DNA of 64,000 nucleotides, taken from NCBI RefSeq assembly GCF_000150275.1, contig NW_002060945.1, positions 7,631,684 through 7,695,683 on the forward strand, in the 5' to 3' direction. Source of the stretch: Trichoplax adhaerens (lineage: Eukaryota; Animalia; Placozoa). The notes below the pieces were generated by a model. It was not told where the DNA came from and ran no database searches. It saw only the letters and a list, made by a program, of their open reading frames with translations. Below, one piece after another: positions 12,695 through 28,177 of this stretch; the stretch's first letter is position 1, and every line of letters begins with the position of its first letter. The position numbers were made by a program, and so were the translations under genes.

Positions 12695-15600
12695 ATGGAT
12701 CAAACCGACTACCAACAGCTTCCTGAATCACCCAATGACTATAGTAGTCCATTTCACAAAACAAGTCATAAAAATTCGGTTGTAAAATCATCTAATGGTT
12801 TAAGTAATGGAATATCTAATGGCCATTATCAAAACGGTACGGTTAACCAAGGTGCTATGGAACTACAGAAAATAACCAGGCCAGAAAATGGCCATGATGA
12901 GGTTAGAAGCAGTCGATTGTAAACATCTTGATCGATGGTCGTCATTTTCCCTTTCTGTAGAGAAAGACTTTAGTTTCAAGACAAGCACTTAGCAAAAGTC
13001 CTTTCTATACTTAATGAATCTTGTAGACGAGTAGAATTATTTCATCTTTAATAAATAAGCATTGCTGCTTAGAGAAATAAAATGACGTATAAAATTGCTT
13101 TCATTTAGGCTCAGAAACAGACTGATCGCTCTGCTTTAATTGAGGTAAGGAAAATCATCCTTTCATAGATGATAGTTTGAAGGCGATACTCTTGAATAAT
13201 TCAAAGCCATCCCCTTGTATTAGAATGTAAGAATAATTTTACTACGATGATAATCTCATTTAGCCATCATTTTTTGCTCCAAGTTGAGATGATGGATGAT
13301 AAAATCTAGATAGTGAATGATAATTCGTTATTAAAGGCACCCGATTTCATAAATTTACGGCAAATATCTGATTACTCAGAGTTTGCTGCGCCCAGGCTGC
13401 AGGACATCAAAATTGAATTTGAAATAGTTACCCAATTATTCGCTGATGGTTTATTAAATCATTTAGTCTTGGTCAAGATTTCTATTTAAGTTAATTGATG
13501 TTATACTAAATATTGATATTTTATGGTATCATTTAATCTTACCCAGGGTCCTATTTGAGTTCTATGACATCACATACTGGTATAGAATGATATAATTTAG
13601 CCTTTCTGAGAAGTCCTATTTGCCATATTGAAGATTGATATTGAATGATATCATTTAGTCTTATTCAGGGCTATTATTAGAGTTCATTAATATAGTATAA
13701 AAATAATAGTGCTTAACGATATCAATTAGTCTTACTTAGAGCTCCTATTCAGGGCTCTTATTTGAGTTTTTGAATAACAGCATAAAATAGAAAGCAAAGA
13801 ATAAATACATCGATCAAAAAAGTTGACAGGACATACGATTATGGACAGCTTTCACGGCTTTATTACGGATGGTGAACGAATTGATTTTAGTCTTTATTTA
13901 GTTGATGACAGTAGTAACTGGACCGTAAAATAGACTAATGATTGATAGATGCTATAAAATCGATTTCAACTTTGCAGATGGTGTCAATGTCATTCAGAAC
14001 TGAAGAATGAAATATAATATTTTATTTCCTTTCAGCCAGACATTTAACCCCTTATAGAATGGAATTGCAATCTAGAGTGTAGGGAATGATTCATTATTTT
14101 CGCTTGATCTCAAAGCTTCGTAGTCAATTTCCAAACTTTGTCGTTGATTATATGCAATCCGATTCCGATTTACTGTAATCTTTCATCCAAGTGATTTAAA
14201 ATAAAATCGAAACAGTAACCGCAAAATAGTGTAGAAACTACCTAACATTGCTACGGATTGCATGAAGGCTTTCAAAATCCTAAGATAAATCGTTTATGAT
14301 ACCATTTAAGTTTTCACATAAGGGCCTACTAGAGTTACTTGCTGCATGTTACGATAGTATGTGTGCTATACGATTAGCAGATTTATCTTCTTACGGATTT
14401 CATAAGGTAGATTAGAAATCGAATTTGTTCAGAATTTTATCATTGCTCTGATTTGAGTTTACCTATATTCAATTTCATAACTCCATTCAATCTTTGGTTT
14501 GGAATTTATATTTGAGTTATTGGATAATAAAAATCTGAATAGAGAGCAGCAAAGTACCATTATTATAAATGGATTACGTATCAAAAATCAATCATTCATC
14601 TAAGTATCGAATTTCTGCAAACTTTCGAGTGTTTCTTAGCAATTAAAGAATGTAAACTTCCCAAAAGTAGCTCAGTTTTCCTTCTGTAAATGACTAACTT
14701 CTCCTAATATTGTACGGACATTGACGTAAAAATGGGTACCATGGCTGTGAATTCTTAGAAAAGGCTGGGTTGTATTAGAATCCTAATTTGAGCTTCTACT
14801 CAAACTAATATTGTCGTCAATAGTAGATTTATTTGAGGAGGATGTAATCATTTTTCTACGACTTTTTCACCATTAGAGTGATGAAGGTGGAAATGGAGAT
14901 CAAGTTAAAAGTGGAATTGCATTAAGTTCCTTTAACTTCATCAATTCTATCATTGGAGCAGGAGCTTTAGGTAAAGTTATCATTGTCCATGTTAACCAGT
15001 AGCAACTTGAATCTATTGCTATTGGAAATTGTATCATTGTATTGATGTAAGCATGAATAAAAATGAAAAGATATTTAGTTTGTTTCAGTTTTACTGTATT
15101 AAAAGCTGAATACTAGTATAGAGTGGTACTATGTTAATATTGAGTTTCCATTTTATCCTTTATTAGAAAGAGTAGATACTTCATGAGACTAACAGCTACA
15201 TCTTTGATTAAATAGGAATGCCTTATGCAATGAAACAAGCTGGGCTATTTCTAGGAATTTTATTGTTAACTATGATGGCTGTTATAACAGGTACAGTATC
15301 AATTAAAAAAAATTTTATAGGTACTTTCTTTCTCTTAATTGTCCTTATTATTCCATGCTGATTCTTGAATTATTACCTTGAGATATAATATTGATCGTTG
15401 GCATTGCCTGCCAGTTTATTAAATCATCAGGATTACTTGATGGTTTATTTTCTTTCTATTATCTCTTCTTCCAGACTTTTAGTCTAGTATCGTCTATTTC
15501 CATTATACATTCTATCGTAACTGATTTTCGAGTTTCTGACTGTTATAGATAGAAAGGCTAGCTATCCCCTTACCATCAAACAATAATATTTTGATAGTAC

Positions 15601-18600
15601 TCAACCTAGTAATGTAAAATGGAACTGATAAAGTAAAATCTTTATGGATTTTATACTAATTTAATAAGCGGTTTCCTGGCGACCTTGCCTATTTATATAT
15701 ACGTATATAAATATGAACGTAGTATATTAATTGCATGATTTATTGAGCGTATATCAAATATCATACCCAAATAGTTCTAGATACGAGTTGTTCGCTACTT
15801 CAATGCGATAATAGTTTTGATGATAGATTTATTTGTACCTATATTAAGCTATTCATCATTTGTAAACTACCTAAACACATAAGTAGGGACTAAATAACTG
15901 TAATAGTTTCATTGATCTGCTTATGGATAAAGCATATTAATTACTGGATGGTTATAATCAACTACCGCATTGTTAGGAAAAAACCCGTTTTTAACTATTG
16001 GTTGCCTGATCTGTTCATGCCAAAATTGAGTGTAGGGTAATTATTATCTGCTGCAAAGCAAGATAGAGGTAGATGAATTCAATAATAGCCTTGATGATCC
16101 ACCACATATATTTTAATTACTCAGTAATTATTAGCTACCCGCAATGCCAAACAGAACCATTTACATCGTTAATAGTAACCTATTAGATATACTCAAGTAC
16201 TGTATAAACTATGTGACCAGACTTTCATCGACCACCGTTATTAAAGCAGGAACCCGTCACAATTTTAATAATGATTTAATTAAATTACTCACGTATATAT
16301 TAATCTACTTTTAAATTACGGACGATTATATTATCTTAAAAGACAGGATGGATGAAAATTGACCGGAATAGATGATAGATTTTGTTCTTTAGAGAAATAA
16401 TAGGGGAAAATAAGAGTCTGTCAAGTTGATGACAGCTATTATGCAATAATCTACAGATTTTAAAATTAGACATTAAGGAAACTCATTTAATTTGTCAATG
16501 ATTGCACGTCTTATGTACGTCTTTATCTATTTTTACTATAATCATAACTAATGTCAGCGAATAAATGACTATACGAGTATGTAGCACTGATATAATTACG
16601 TTGATATCTTATATACGAGCTGATGGAATCAAGAATTAGCACGAATTTTACTAAAGTTTTATATACAGAAAAAATTGCATTGCTGTAGTATCATCGTAGA
16701 ATGTAATTTTCTTCATAGCTTATATATGATTCTTTCTAATACACAAAATTAATGCAAGCTATAACCTATGAGGGTTATATGTATAATCATCTACGGCTTG
16801 GTAAAATAAAACATGCTTATGGACTTCTCTGGATCTTTTTGTAAACTGTGATAATAATACCCTTTTTCTTTATTCCTCTTTTTAGATTTTACTGTTATAC
16901 TATTAGTTGAAAGTGGTTCCATGGCTGGTCAAAGTTCCTATGTGGTAAAATCACTTATTGTAAAACACAGCTATCAAAGCTTCTAAAAATCATTTATAGC
17001 ATAACTCTCCATTGTATGCAGTACTATGCACAGTATACCATATCTGAACTGGCCAAATTTGAGAACAACAAATGAACCAATAAATGATCTAATTATATCA
17101 GTTTATCTATGTAATTTCTAGAAGAAGAAATAATTTAGATTTCTGTTGTTAAATACGAGAGTAAAATTATCTGATTATTTTATTCAGGGTTTAATGAAAT
17201 CAACGTTTGGAAATATCGGTTATGGATTAGTCCTTTCATGTCAATTCATATTTCCATTCTTAGGTAATTGCTTTCCCTATTAGAATTGCTCACTCTTTTA
17301 GTTTTTGCTATTAGCTGAGATTTGATTTCATCAAGATAACGTTCCTTAGCAGAATAGCAAATTACTTCGGTTTTCTAAAATTTTCGATATTTTATGGCTC
17401 TTATATAATACATAGCAATGAATGGGTATGCTGTTATTGTTGGTGATTCACTGGTTAAATTTTTCCAGCTTGTTGGTAAGTATTACCTTCAGGATGTTTT
17501 TGTGCTTCTTTTACTGAATTATATTGCTTTACCTGGTGACCTTCGTTCTATTACGGCGTCATGAGAAATTGTATTTATCTCTAATGTTGCTGACATAAAT
17601 TACTTTTATCAAACTTTACAGGTCTAATCCATATCATTTTACTTTTTCTATGCATTTTAGGCGCCGAATCAACTATTTTAACCAATCGACAATTTGTTAT
17701 TGGCATTTCCATTTTATTGATAATGACGCCATTATGCTTGCTGAAGAAAATTTCAAAGCTGGGCATGGTATAGGCATCAATTATAAACGAATCCTTATCT
17801 AATTATAATTCAGTGTACAGTACATATACTGCTATATTATCAAACTTGGTTCTCTCTTTTTATTGTCAAACTGTGGATATCGTGATTGAAATTGAATCTT
17901 TCTACAACAGGCCTCGTTTTTTTCACTAATTTGTGTCGGTGCGGTTATTGTCACTGTTTTTATAAGATTAGCCACTCTTGGTCCTGATATGTAAGTGATT
18001 AAATGTAACCTACCGTCTTTTTACTTTGAATAGTTTAGTAACTATGATACATTAAAATACTATAAGAGCAAATCTATGGCAGTATAAGTTCCTTTTAGAC
18101 GTACCTAAAACATTTCTTTCCTTTTCTGTTCATTCCTGACAGACCACACACCGAAGGAGCTTTCAATTTCGCTCACGAAAACGTACCTCAGGTAAATTGC
18201 TCATAGTGGGCTTGTCTGTTTACTTATTGCTAAATTGAGATATTTATGATTTAATAAATTAGTCGATGACCTATTATAAGCTGTGGTACCAATAGAGATG
18301 CAATTTCGTTTCTTCTAATAATTCTTATCCTTATTGAACAGGCGATTGGTGTAATGGCTTTTGGTAAGGGTTTTGCATATTAAACGATTGAGATAAAATA
18401 GAATAATATAAATTGGGTTTTGTCTTGGCTATCCTTTCTATATGCTATAACGGTAGTTCTCACAATTTCTGGTAGATAAATAAATTATGAATTACTCTAA
18501 TGCTGTTTAAACTATATTTCATCCAAATTTTCCTTTTAATACAACCAAAAATTACGCTATTGCTTCTAAATCGTGAAAAAGTTAATGCAATTACTTTCTT

Positions 18601-20524
18601 AAAGTTTCCATCCAGTTTTTATATACTATCACGACACCTACTACTAATTCCTTGTAGATAAATATCATGAATCGCTCTAATGCTGCATGACACATCTAGT
18701 AGTCCATGGACTTTTCCTTTCGATGCAGCAGTCTTTCGCTATTTCATTTCGGGGAATCATAAATTCTCAACTTAACCCTATTCTCCATGGTTCTATCTAA
18801 CTTTTATTTACTGTATCCCCTAATCCTTATTAGTTCTTCAAGACAAGTACTTTACGTTACTTTCGAATGAGAAAAACTTCGATTCAGTTGTTTTTCTAAT
18901 TCCTATCATACTATTATGTGCTATCGCAGCAATGTCTGAAAGACAGCCGATATCGATCATTTCAGGATTACTTCGTATACAAAATTTCGTCTATTCATTG
19001 CTCTATTCCATTTTCAGCTTTCGTGTGCCATCACAACACGTTCTTAATCTATAATTCCTTAAAGACAAATACCATGGATCGCTTTATGACTGTAACGCAT
19101 ATTTCCGTTTCTCTATCGTGGATGTCGGTTATATTGCTATCCGTTGCTGGCTATATGACATTTACGGGCCATACTCAAGGTAATCCATTTCATTCTATCG
19201 GTATATTAATGTCTCCGTTAAACTATGAAGTTTTATATTGTTGACAAGGCTAAATATTAATGATATAAAGGTTAAGTCGGGATGCTAATTCAAGTCTTTT
19301 CTTTCTTATAATTTAATTTAACAGCGGATATTTTAGAGAATTATTGCAGTCATGATTTCTTGGTGACCATTGCACGCTTATGTTATGGTATAACCATGAT
19401 GTTAACTTATCCTATAGAATGCTTCGTATGTAGACAAGTAAGTAAGATAGAACTAATACAAGCAAATAGCTAGCTGTTGAAGTTTATTGAAATATCATAG
19501 GTATAACTTTAAAATTATTTCCACGTAGATTATAGAACTTGTCTTTTTTGCTGGGCGAGAAGAATCAACCAGTCGTCATATCATTGTTACCTTGGCAATT
19601 ATCGCTGCGACTTTACCCATTCCAATGGTTACTGACTGTCTTGGCACAGTTCTAGAACTAAATGTGAGAGATTATGTCTTATATAGGAAACGGCATTTTG
19701 TAGTTTATAGGATATTACCTGTCCATTCTCTATATCTAACGCATTGGTTGTAGGTCCTCGGACTTTATGTACTTATTTTTACTACCATTTTGATGACAAT
19801 GAATGCGAATTCTCTCAATTTAACGAGTACAATATCTATTTTAATTTTTTATAGGGAAGCATAGCTGCAGTTCCATTAGGTTAGTTACCCATATCTAAAC
19901 TTATTTGATAGTTCTCTCTAGCTTTAATTCAGAAAAATGCTATAATATGGTCAATTACTGGGAATGGTATAGCATTAACACCTAGGCAAGAAATAGCACT
20001 AGATAATATATTAACTAATAGTAAACTCATATGATAATTACACTGTTAGTAAGGTCAAGTTTAGATTTAAAAGTGTCATTTGAAATGATACATTAACGAA
20101 AACGATACCCCAACCCTAATTAGGTGATAAATAGCATTTAAATATATTAGATCTAAGCGGTTGTTCTACTTGGAAGTAGTGCTGATGATATCAGAAATTG
20201 GTTTGCTAAATGATAAATTAACCAAAAATGGCATGGCAGTCCAACATGAGCGGTAAACATACTAATAATATTTCTCTTTCATTATTCACCATTTTAGTTT
20301 TTATTTTTCCTTGTGCTTGCTATATAAAACTGGCTGAAGGATCAAATTATGCTCCTCGCAAAGTTATATCTGCAATCATCTTAGTGATTGGTATCGTAGT
20401 CTTAATCTTGGGTACTATCACTTCTATACTGGGAGCAAGAGAGTGTACTAATACGCATAAACCACAGTTATCTTGGTGTAATGCCACAATTGATTTAAAC
20501 ACTACCAACAGCCTTTATTACTAA
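12695..20524 (+). CDS. SLC38A11: SLC38A11-like putative sodium-coupled neutral amino acid transporter, paralog 1 (16 coding exons, 508 aa)
   Basis: Exons 12695-12901, 13109-13144, 14877-14970, 15216-15290, 16886-16944, 17188-17263, 17416-17475, 17661-17767, 17911-17990, 18143-18191, 18342-18363, 19018-19179, 19325-19437, 19529-19663, 19855-19879, 20298-20524. All introns GT-AG, in frame, 1527 nt; start context accATGg. Motifs FNFINSIIGAGALGMPYA, QAIGVMAFAFVCHHN, TQADILENYC, LTYPIECFVCR and CLGTVLELNG are typical of SLC38A11 (Aa_trans family). Confidence 0.92.
13500..13790. repeat. Intronic degenerate tandem repeat, ~60-70 bp unit, about 4 copies
   Basis: Recurring gatatcatttagtctta..cagggc/tcctatttgagtt. 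Confidence 0.6.
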
Positions 20525-23500
20525 TGCGATTTGATTCAAGTGGGTTGTAAGTAATTCTGCGATATGATACAGTTACTACCTCCAATTACTGTACGTATAG
20601 TTAACATAATCATGATACTGATGGATTTAAAATAGGAATCTTATGACCCTCTTGGAAGAAGACTAACAGCAATTGTAATATTATCTATATCTTTTATGAC
20701 TTATTTGATTGGCAGTCAATTCAGATAGGTAGATATATGATACCTGAAAAAGCTGCAGCTGTCTTGGGTGATATTAATATCAGTGTCCTTTACGACTGAA
20801 TTTCAAGCATCACCGAAATAGCAAAGTTTAATACTTTTATACTTTCAAAATATATATCATTACTTATCAACAAGGCATTTAGAGCTAGCCTAATAAAAAT
20901 CAAAGGTAATGCAACATCATCGAATTATCTAAGTTAATGCCATAAGTAATGTTAAAAGTGTCAAAATTCTGGGACTAATTTGATTATATGCAAAAGGAGA
21001 TATACGGTACAGTGATATTACCGGAATATCTAGGTTTAGACTTAATTCTACCTTCATAAATATATTCATTTCATGAATTATGCCTTTTGTGACTAATGCG
21101 ACTAGTTTTAGACTCTAATTACATATTGATGTTAACCAGTATCTTCATAAACGGATTTGCCTATGATGGATGATTGATGAAGTGATATCCGAGATTATTT
21201 ATTGCCCCAATTTAGTGTTAACCTTAAGTCTTAATAGTGAAATCCATTCACTATCATTTTAACTCTACTAGTTAGTGTAAGAGTTCACAATTATGCTTAT
21301 GTAAACCAGGAAGATACAATTTGAGTTATCTCTGTAATTTCCGCTAGATATTTTGATTAGTTGATCTGCCCAAAAAGTCGTAAAACTAAAGCCACCATAA
21401 CTATCGTATGGAGCGATTATTACATAGTAGTGTCTTATGTTCTGAACTGCTTGTTGCATATTTAGCTTAAATATTACCTTTTTGCAACTTAAACTGAAAG
21501 TAACTAACTTTACCATCTATAGACCAGCTAAATACATGTATAATTAAAGCGTATGTTGCTTAAGTTACACTACACAAAATTTGGTATCGGAAATTGCCAT
21601 CTAACTCACAATGATATTGATAAGTGATTCTGAAATGTAGTGACAGGATATGCTAATTTCAAAGCACTTCCTCCATAATAATTCCAATTTCAATTATAGA
21701 ATACCCTATTAACTTCTAAACGTTTGATAAAATTTCCTATTAGAGGACAGCAATGATATATATATATATACATATATACAAATATAGCATTGAAACTCAG
21801 AAATTATTATGCGCCTTGCTAACTAGATACGGTAATTTATGTATCTACAGGCCAGTGTTACTAATATGATGGATGAGTATTACATAGACATATATATAGA
21901 TTATGCTACCAAAGTATTTACAGCTACGTTGTCTAAGATCAGCTTTCTTTGCTGGTTACTTAGCTAATATATACAAATTTGTATTTACGAGTGCTTAATG
22001 TTTGCTTTCATGATTGATAAAATCAAATTTTAGCAGAAGGCAACTTAAATAAATTACGCAAAGTATACTTTGCTAATACGTAAGACTTCCGACTAATTTC
22101 ATCTTCTCAAAGAAAAAACTTCATTGCTTAAAAAACTATCATGTGATCAACGCTACAGATTTATTGCAATCTTATTATGGTTATTTCGAGATATCAAGCA
22201 ATTAATCTATTTTCATTTCGTTAATCCTGTTATAAATGATATTGTGATTATTAACTATAGTAACAGAATTAAATTATGTCTTGGTATGTCAGAATCTAGT
22301 GTTATGTTGGAATGTCTTTTAAGCTCAGAGTGTAATATCTATGTTATCATGGTCTATAATTATTAAAGTGGTAATACTTTTAGTATAAGATATGTTACAA
22401 ATTATAACATCAGTAAATTTATTTAGAATTAACAATGCTCAAAAATGTTCTAGATATATGGATAAAGGCTACATAATCACTAGAATAAAAGAAACACTTG
22501 TTCAAAATCGATGTAATACATCAACGGGCGTAGATTTTGTATAAATGCAACAAGAGTATTGTACCAATGTATAAAATCTATCTCGGGCTTATTAGTGAAC
22601 CTTGTGAGATTCTTACATCATATTACACGACACATTTGATTCTGCTTACAATAAGGTGTCGATTTCGTATCAATAAAGTACGAGCATATTACTGAAATAC
22701 CTACCATAATTAATTGTTTGAATATGTATACGTGTAAGACCACAAAAAAGTTTCATTTCGAGCTTATTAACGAACTTTGTGAGGTTCTTATACTATACTT
22801 TTGATGCTAATAAAGTGTAATATATTCAAATAAGGATGGGTTGTCGTTCGCATGCAGTTAACGATTCCATCTTTATATGATTAAATGGTGACGGTGGTGT
22901 ATTATTTAGTAAGGTATTAGTCAGTAAATGTAGAATTGCAACGATTACACGGTAGTCTATACCTACCAATATTACATCGTAAATTTCTAAGTACAATTAA
23001 GCAGCCTAATGTGATTGGATCCTATCAAACATGAGATTGTGTGAATATGTTGTTGTCAAACTGAGAAAATATCTAAGGAATAGCGCGCCTAATCCGAATA
23101 AAAGGCTGACGTATTTACTAATAAGCTCGAATGAAGACGCAGAGATGATTGAACTGCTAAACTTTGCCGTATATTATGCAATTGTCAAATCGATTCAATT
23201 TCATTATACTAGGTCAACAAGAAGAGACTAGCAATATCCATACTTTTTGATGATAATAAGGAGAAAAGCATCCTCAAGACTTAATAGCTTCTTATAATTA
23301 TAAATTATGATCACCTTCTGGTTGAAAGCAACCGTTTATGCAAAGTCGTCGCTTTGCGCCTGTATAGACCAGATTACAAATACATTCATAAATATTACTT
23401 AGGATATTGTTGATGATATTATTGGACCCTCATTTTCATGGGTATAAATTTCTAATAACGCTATAGATTTAAGTTCTTTATAGAATTCTCTGTGAGTACA

Positions 23501-26149
23501 AATGTTCAAATTTGATTCAATAATCATCACAAATTATTGTTAACCAAAGCAATACTTAAATTTTGGATTATCAACAACTCTATACCTATGTGATTTATGG
23601 GCAAGTTTAAATGCTTGTACGTAATGACTTTTTACAATAATATCAGTTTCGAATTTACCGACATTAAAATTGATGGATCTCTAATATTCCATTTTAAAAT
23701 TAAGTTAATGAGTTCATTTGAGCTCAACATATTTCGCTATTATTGTCTAAAATGTAAGTATACCTATGAGTAAACTTAACATTTAATTTGTTACGGCAGT
23801 TGAATATTGATTTCGTAGATATCGATTAACGAATGTGAATTATTGATACATAAACCCTTCTTTTCGTTATGGAATTGCAATGGATCATAATTATTTCATC
23901 AAGTCGCTAATGTAAAAATTTTTATAAGTCTTTGAATTTTACCGTCATCATCTTCATCTTAATTTAAGTATACTTATTAATGAACTTTGGATGTTATCAG
24001 TGATCTTATTTTATAATAATTTAGCTAGTAAAGGCTAATAAATATAGGTTGAGTGATACGTCAAAGAACTTGTGTTGTAGTGGTATTTGTAAAACTTTCG
24101 AATCTATCTATTACAATTGTTTTTAATTCAGCTGGCATTACCATTTTCGATACTATAATATTTCTACATTTATCTAACGGGATGCTGATGAATGTAATTT
24201 ATACGTATGATATATAAAAGTTTCTATAATATTATCATATATAATTAAATTATAATCATCTTGATATAATTTCGATTTATATGATATTGTATGTTGAATA
24301 CATTTAGAATAAGCACATATGGTATTTTCATTTTGTAAAGACAATGAGATATTACTGTTACTTACTTTTATGAAGTAATAAAGACTATGCACCGGTCTTA
24401 ATTACCGGATAGGCTTTATTCAAGTTGACTGTATAAAAATAAGAATTTCAATGATATTTATAATAAGAATGCTACTATGTATACTCATATTATTTTGGAA
24501 TATAAAACAACGCCTTTTAAAAGAATACAGGCTCATAAAAATAAGACAGTACTATTTAGCGACAGCAATTGATATTTTAATTATGAACAATAATATCAAC
24601 TACCACAGAGATTAAGCCAATGAACGCTAAATTAAAGTTTGCTTCCTGAGTTTCATATATTAGCTGTGATTGATTGTGAGGCAATTTACTTATCGCTTAA
24701 TAATTTATATCATCAGTACTAAAACGATATTAAAATTATTAAATTACATTTCTTGAGGTTAAATTTGATTTTCTCTGATCATTGCCAAGAGTAGAATCTT
24801 ATTAACAAGTAAAGGTAAATATGCCAATTAAATCAAGTAATCAATATTATGTAACGATATCTATTGCTCCATCTTCAGTTGTTCAAATTGTTGAACTAAC
24901 AAAATCAGTCTACCCTTCTTAAATACTCTATCATTTTTATACCTGTAAATTATAATTGTATTTGCAATGGGGTATTTGATCATTTAAGAGTGTATCAATC
25001 CAGTACGTTGATAGGATCCGTAATAGCTGTCTGTGAGATTCTACATCTCGTAGATACAGATTTAGAGAAAATGTTGCCAGGGCATTGATTATTTCAAAGT
25101 CTATTGAACTATTTCGTAGAAAATAATAAAATAACTTGTCTATTTCTCAAAGTAAGGTTCTAGCCAGCTGTTACCAATGTGCTAGTTAATAATGGATTTT
25201 ACCTGTTATTTTTGACATTATCAAGACAATATTAGGCCTTTCAGTGTAGTGGTATGAATAGAATGAAATCACTGAGGAGGCAATTAATAAATAATTGTAA
25301 TTGATAGGAAACAGGCGTACAATGCAGCAATTAGCTTTAATGTCTCAATAATTCATAACACCTAGGCCATGTTAATCTAACCTTTAAATCCATATCTATA
25401 ACAATTTTAATGTAGTGCTCCAAACCGTTAGGCTACCGATATCGGCCAAGATGCGACCTAAAATATTTTAATTCTAAATGATGAAGAAGTACCGCACCAA
25501 AGTTTTATCATCGCTTCTCATAATTTTTTGTCCCGTCATATAAATAAATATCCGCTGTCTTTACCTTCAACAATACGCCAATTGTAACACCATTTTTAGT
25601 CACCTATTCGCAGTTATGACATATTGGTAATCAAAAGAAGGTAAAACTACGAGTATATTTAAACAGTCTAAATCAAAATATCCAGGGCTTATGTAGATTC
25701 TAAGGTGTAAGCATCATGTTATTTTTGTAATGGCAAAATACCTGTATATTGAATATAAAATTATTCTAGAAATTAATATTAAGAAAGCGAAAGTATCGAA
25801 GCTTTCTTTGGCCTTTACGTACAATATGCAAACCAGTAGTAATTTTATGCTTTGTTTTATTTCAATCTCAATTTTAGTTGCCAAGGCTGTTTATATGAAT
25901 GATAATAGAAGAGTTAAACTAATGTATTGACGTCAAGCTATCTGGGCAGAAAATACAATATTGATGTTCAATGCAATGATTATAACTACTCTCAGTTATT
26001 GACTTGTTAATGCGTCATAGTTTATTTTTAAACAGCTCTACCATAGGAAAATTTCGTGTCTTTGATACGGTATCTATGCGTAGCTTACAGCCGATATCTC
26101 GGAGTATACAGGTAACTAAAGCTGTTGAGAGTTTGCAAATGCTGTCCTA

Positions 26150-26580
26150 TAGCGAAATCTATCTAGTCCTACCAGATAGAAATGAAATCAATCTGTTAGT
26201 CCAAGTGCCAGGGAACATTTTAAACTTTCATACGTAATCGTGGCGCATAACCTGGTATATTTAGTCGTACTAGATAGGAACGAGATCAACTCCTTCTAGC
26301 CCAAGAACTATAGGATATTTTTAACTTTCATAGGTGATCGTAACGCGTACGCTTCTATATTTAATCTTACAAGATAGGAACGAAATCAATTCCCGCTAGT
26401 CTAGATACTAGGGTAAATTTTAACTAAACTTTCGTACGTGATCGTAACGCATATTCTGCTATATTTAGTCCTATCAGACAGAAATGAATCAATTCCTGCT
26501 AGTTAAAGTACTACAGGATATTTTAATTAAACTTTCACAGTGATCGTTTCGTATACCCTACCATATTTTAAGTTTCTACC
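26150..26580. repeat. Tandem array, ~100 bp unit, 4 copies
   Basis: atatttagtcctac.agataggaacgaaatcaattcc..ctag...tttaactttcatacgtgatcgtaacgcata near 26157, 26257, 26358 and 26460. Confidence 0.85.
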
Positions 26581-28177
26581 CTATTCTGGATTAATTTCAC
26601 TAAGGTAGTGCAAGTGAAATTTCTAACACTGAAATTAAGCCAAATAATTATGAATAAAAATTTTTTTCGATATTATACCATCCATATAGAAATCATGGTA
26701 AGAACTGAATTTAAGTTACTACAGCTATAAACTAGCGTTTCGAAAGATATCAATATATTCGGGAAATGTCATAATACAAGAACAGGGTTGTAGCAACGCT
26801 AAAATTAGCCGTCTATGAGGATAGTACCAGTGGTATGTAGGTGGAAAATATCATAGCTTTCGCATTATTTGAAAATAATTATCATGATATAAGCTTTATT
26901 GACAGTTTCTAGTTTCTGGTATGAAGTATTGTAAACCTTTCACCAAATATCGAAAGAGTAGTTATATACCTGGGGCGTAACATGCGTTTATAAGCCTTTG
27001 CTGCGCAATCATTTGCAGTAAAATACTGCCCTAGATGCATCCTGAAATATGCAGCTGGAAAGAATAGATCGAGAAATTTATTATTTGAAAGCATATAGTT
27101 AGTAGAAGAGTTAAGAGGGAATTTTCTTAACTTCATTTATTTAATTTGGTATTAGGATATTATCTTATAATACCGTTATATTGTTAGCGATTTCTGCTTT
27201 TTAAAATGATATAAAAGCATAATGTATGACTATTAGGACAGGAAGATGGCAATCATCCTTCTCGCAAAGTGAACCCTTTAACTCATGCTTCGCACTCTTA
27301 CACTATGATTACTCACCATATCGTTCAATGCTTATAACTAACTAGTACAATAACTAATTTGTTTTCATAGGCCATCACAGACAAAGAAGTAAACGCTGCT
27401 GTGATGGAATACAATCGCAATTAGCATATAATTGCCGCAGGGTAACCCAATGATGACAATGGCTTCTCGGTCAAAATTTGAAGAATCAGTTAGAATAAAA
27501 GTTTTGTCTACAAGCGAAACAATTATTATTACATGTTGTCGTCGCTTTCTCCTTTAATTAGTAAAGGAAATTTTCTATATTAGAATAACGTACGTAAATC
27601 CTCAAGAATCACTACAATAGATCATTAATTAGCGGCCCTGCCTAGCAAGATGGTATAAGATCAAGCTACTCGAATGAGGAATCAATTTTCCTAGTATCAA
27701 ATTGCTGTATCTACTCGTAAAATTGGCCTAGAAAAAAGAGGAAACGATTACTTTCGTTGTAACGACGAATACTAATTACTGTATAGAGTGTAGCGGCACT
27801 CCATCTTGGTCATTATTACGAATTTATTCCACTAGAAGTAGTTTAAATCGTTACTTTCCTACTCCTGGTCGTACGAACATTCTGATGTAGTACAGTAATG
27901 AACGATCGATTGAACTAAATACTGAATTATAAATACGCCTTTAAACATCTCGTAAGGTCTTTTTTCATAACATCTTCTCCAGTATTGTTTCTTCCTATAT
28001 TAATTATTAATGTCCGCTTTACTACGTTGAATTTACTGTATTGGTTCTGCATTGAAAATGGCACATTTATGCCAACGTATTTGTTCGTAGAGAGTAGTCT
28101 ATTAATTATTACTGGAGGATATGTTAGGTAACGTAAAGCCTTTGCTAAATATCTAAAATTATGATTGTCTATAGGAT

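Noticed and set aside
27371-27424. Exon-like segment AITDKEVNAAVMEYNRN* after a good acceptor
   Set aside because: No linked upstream coding exons and no recognisable homology; it may be a 5' UTR exon of paralog 2 or chance.
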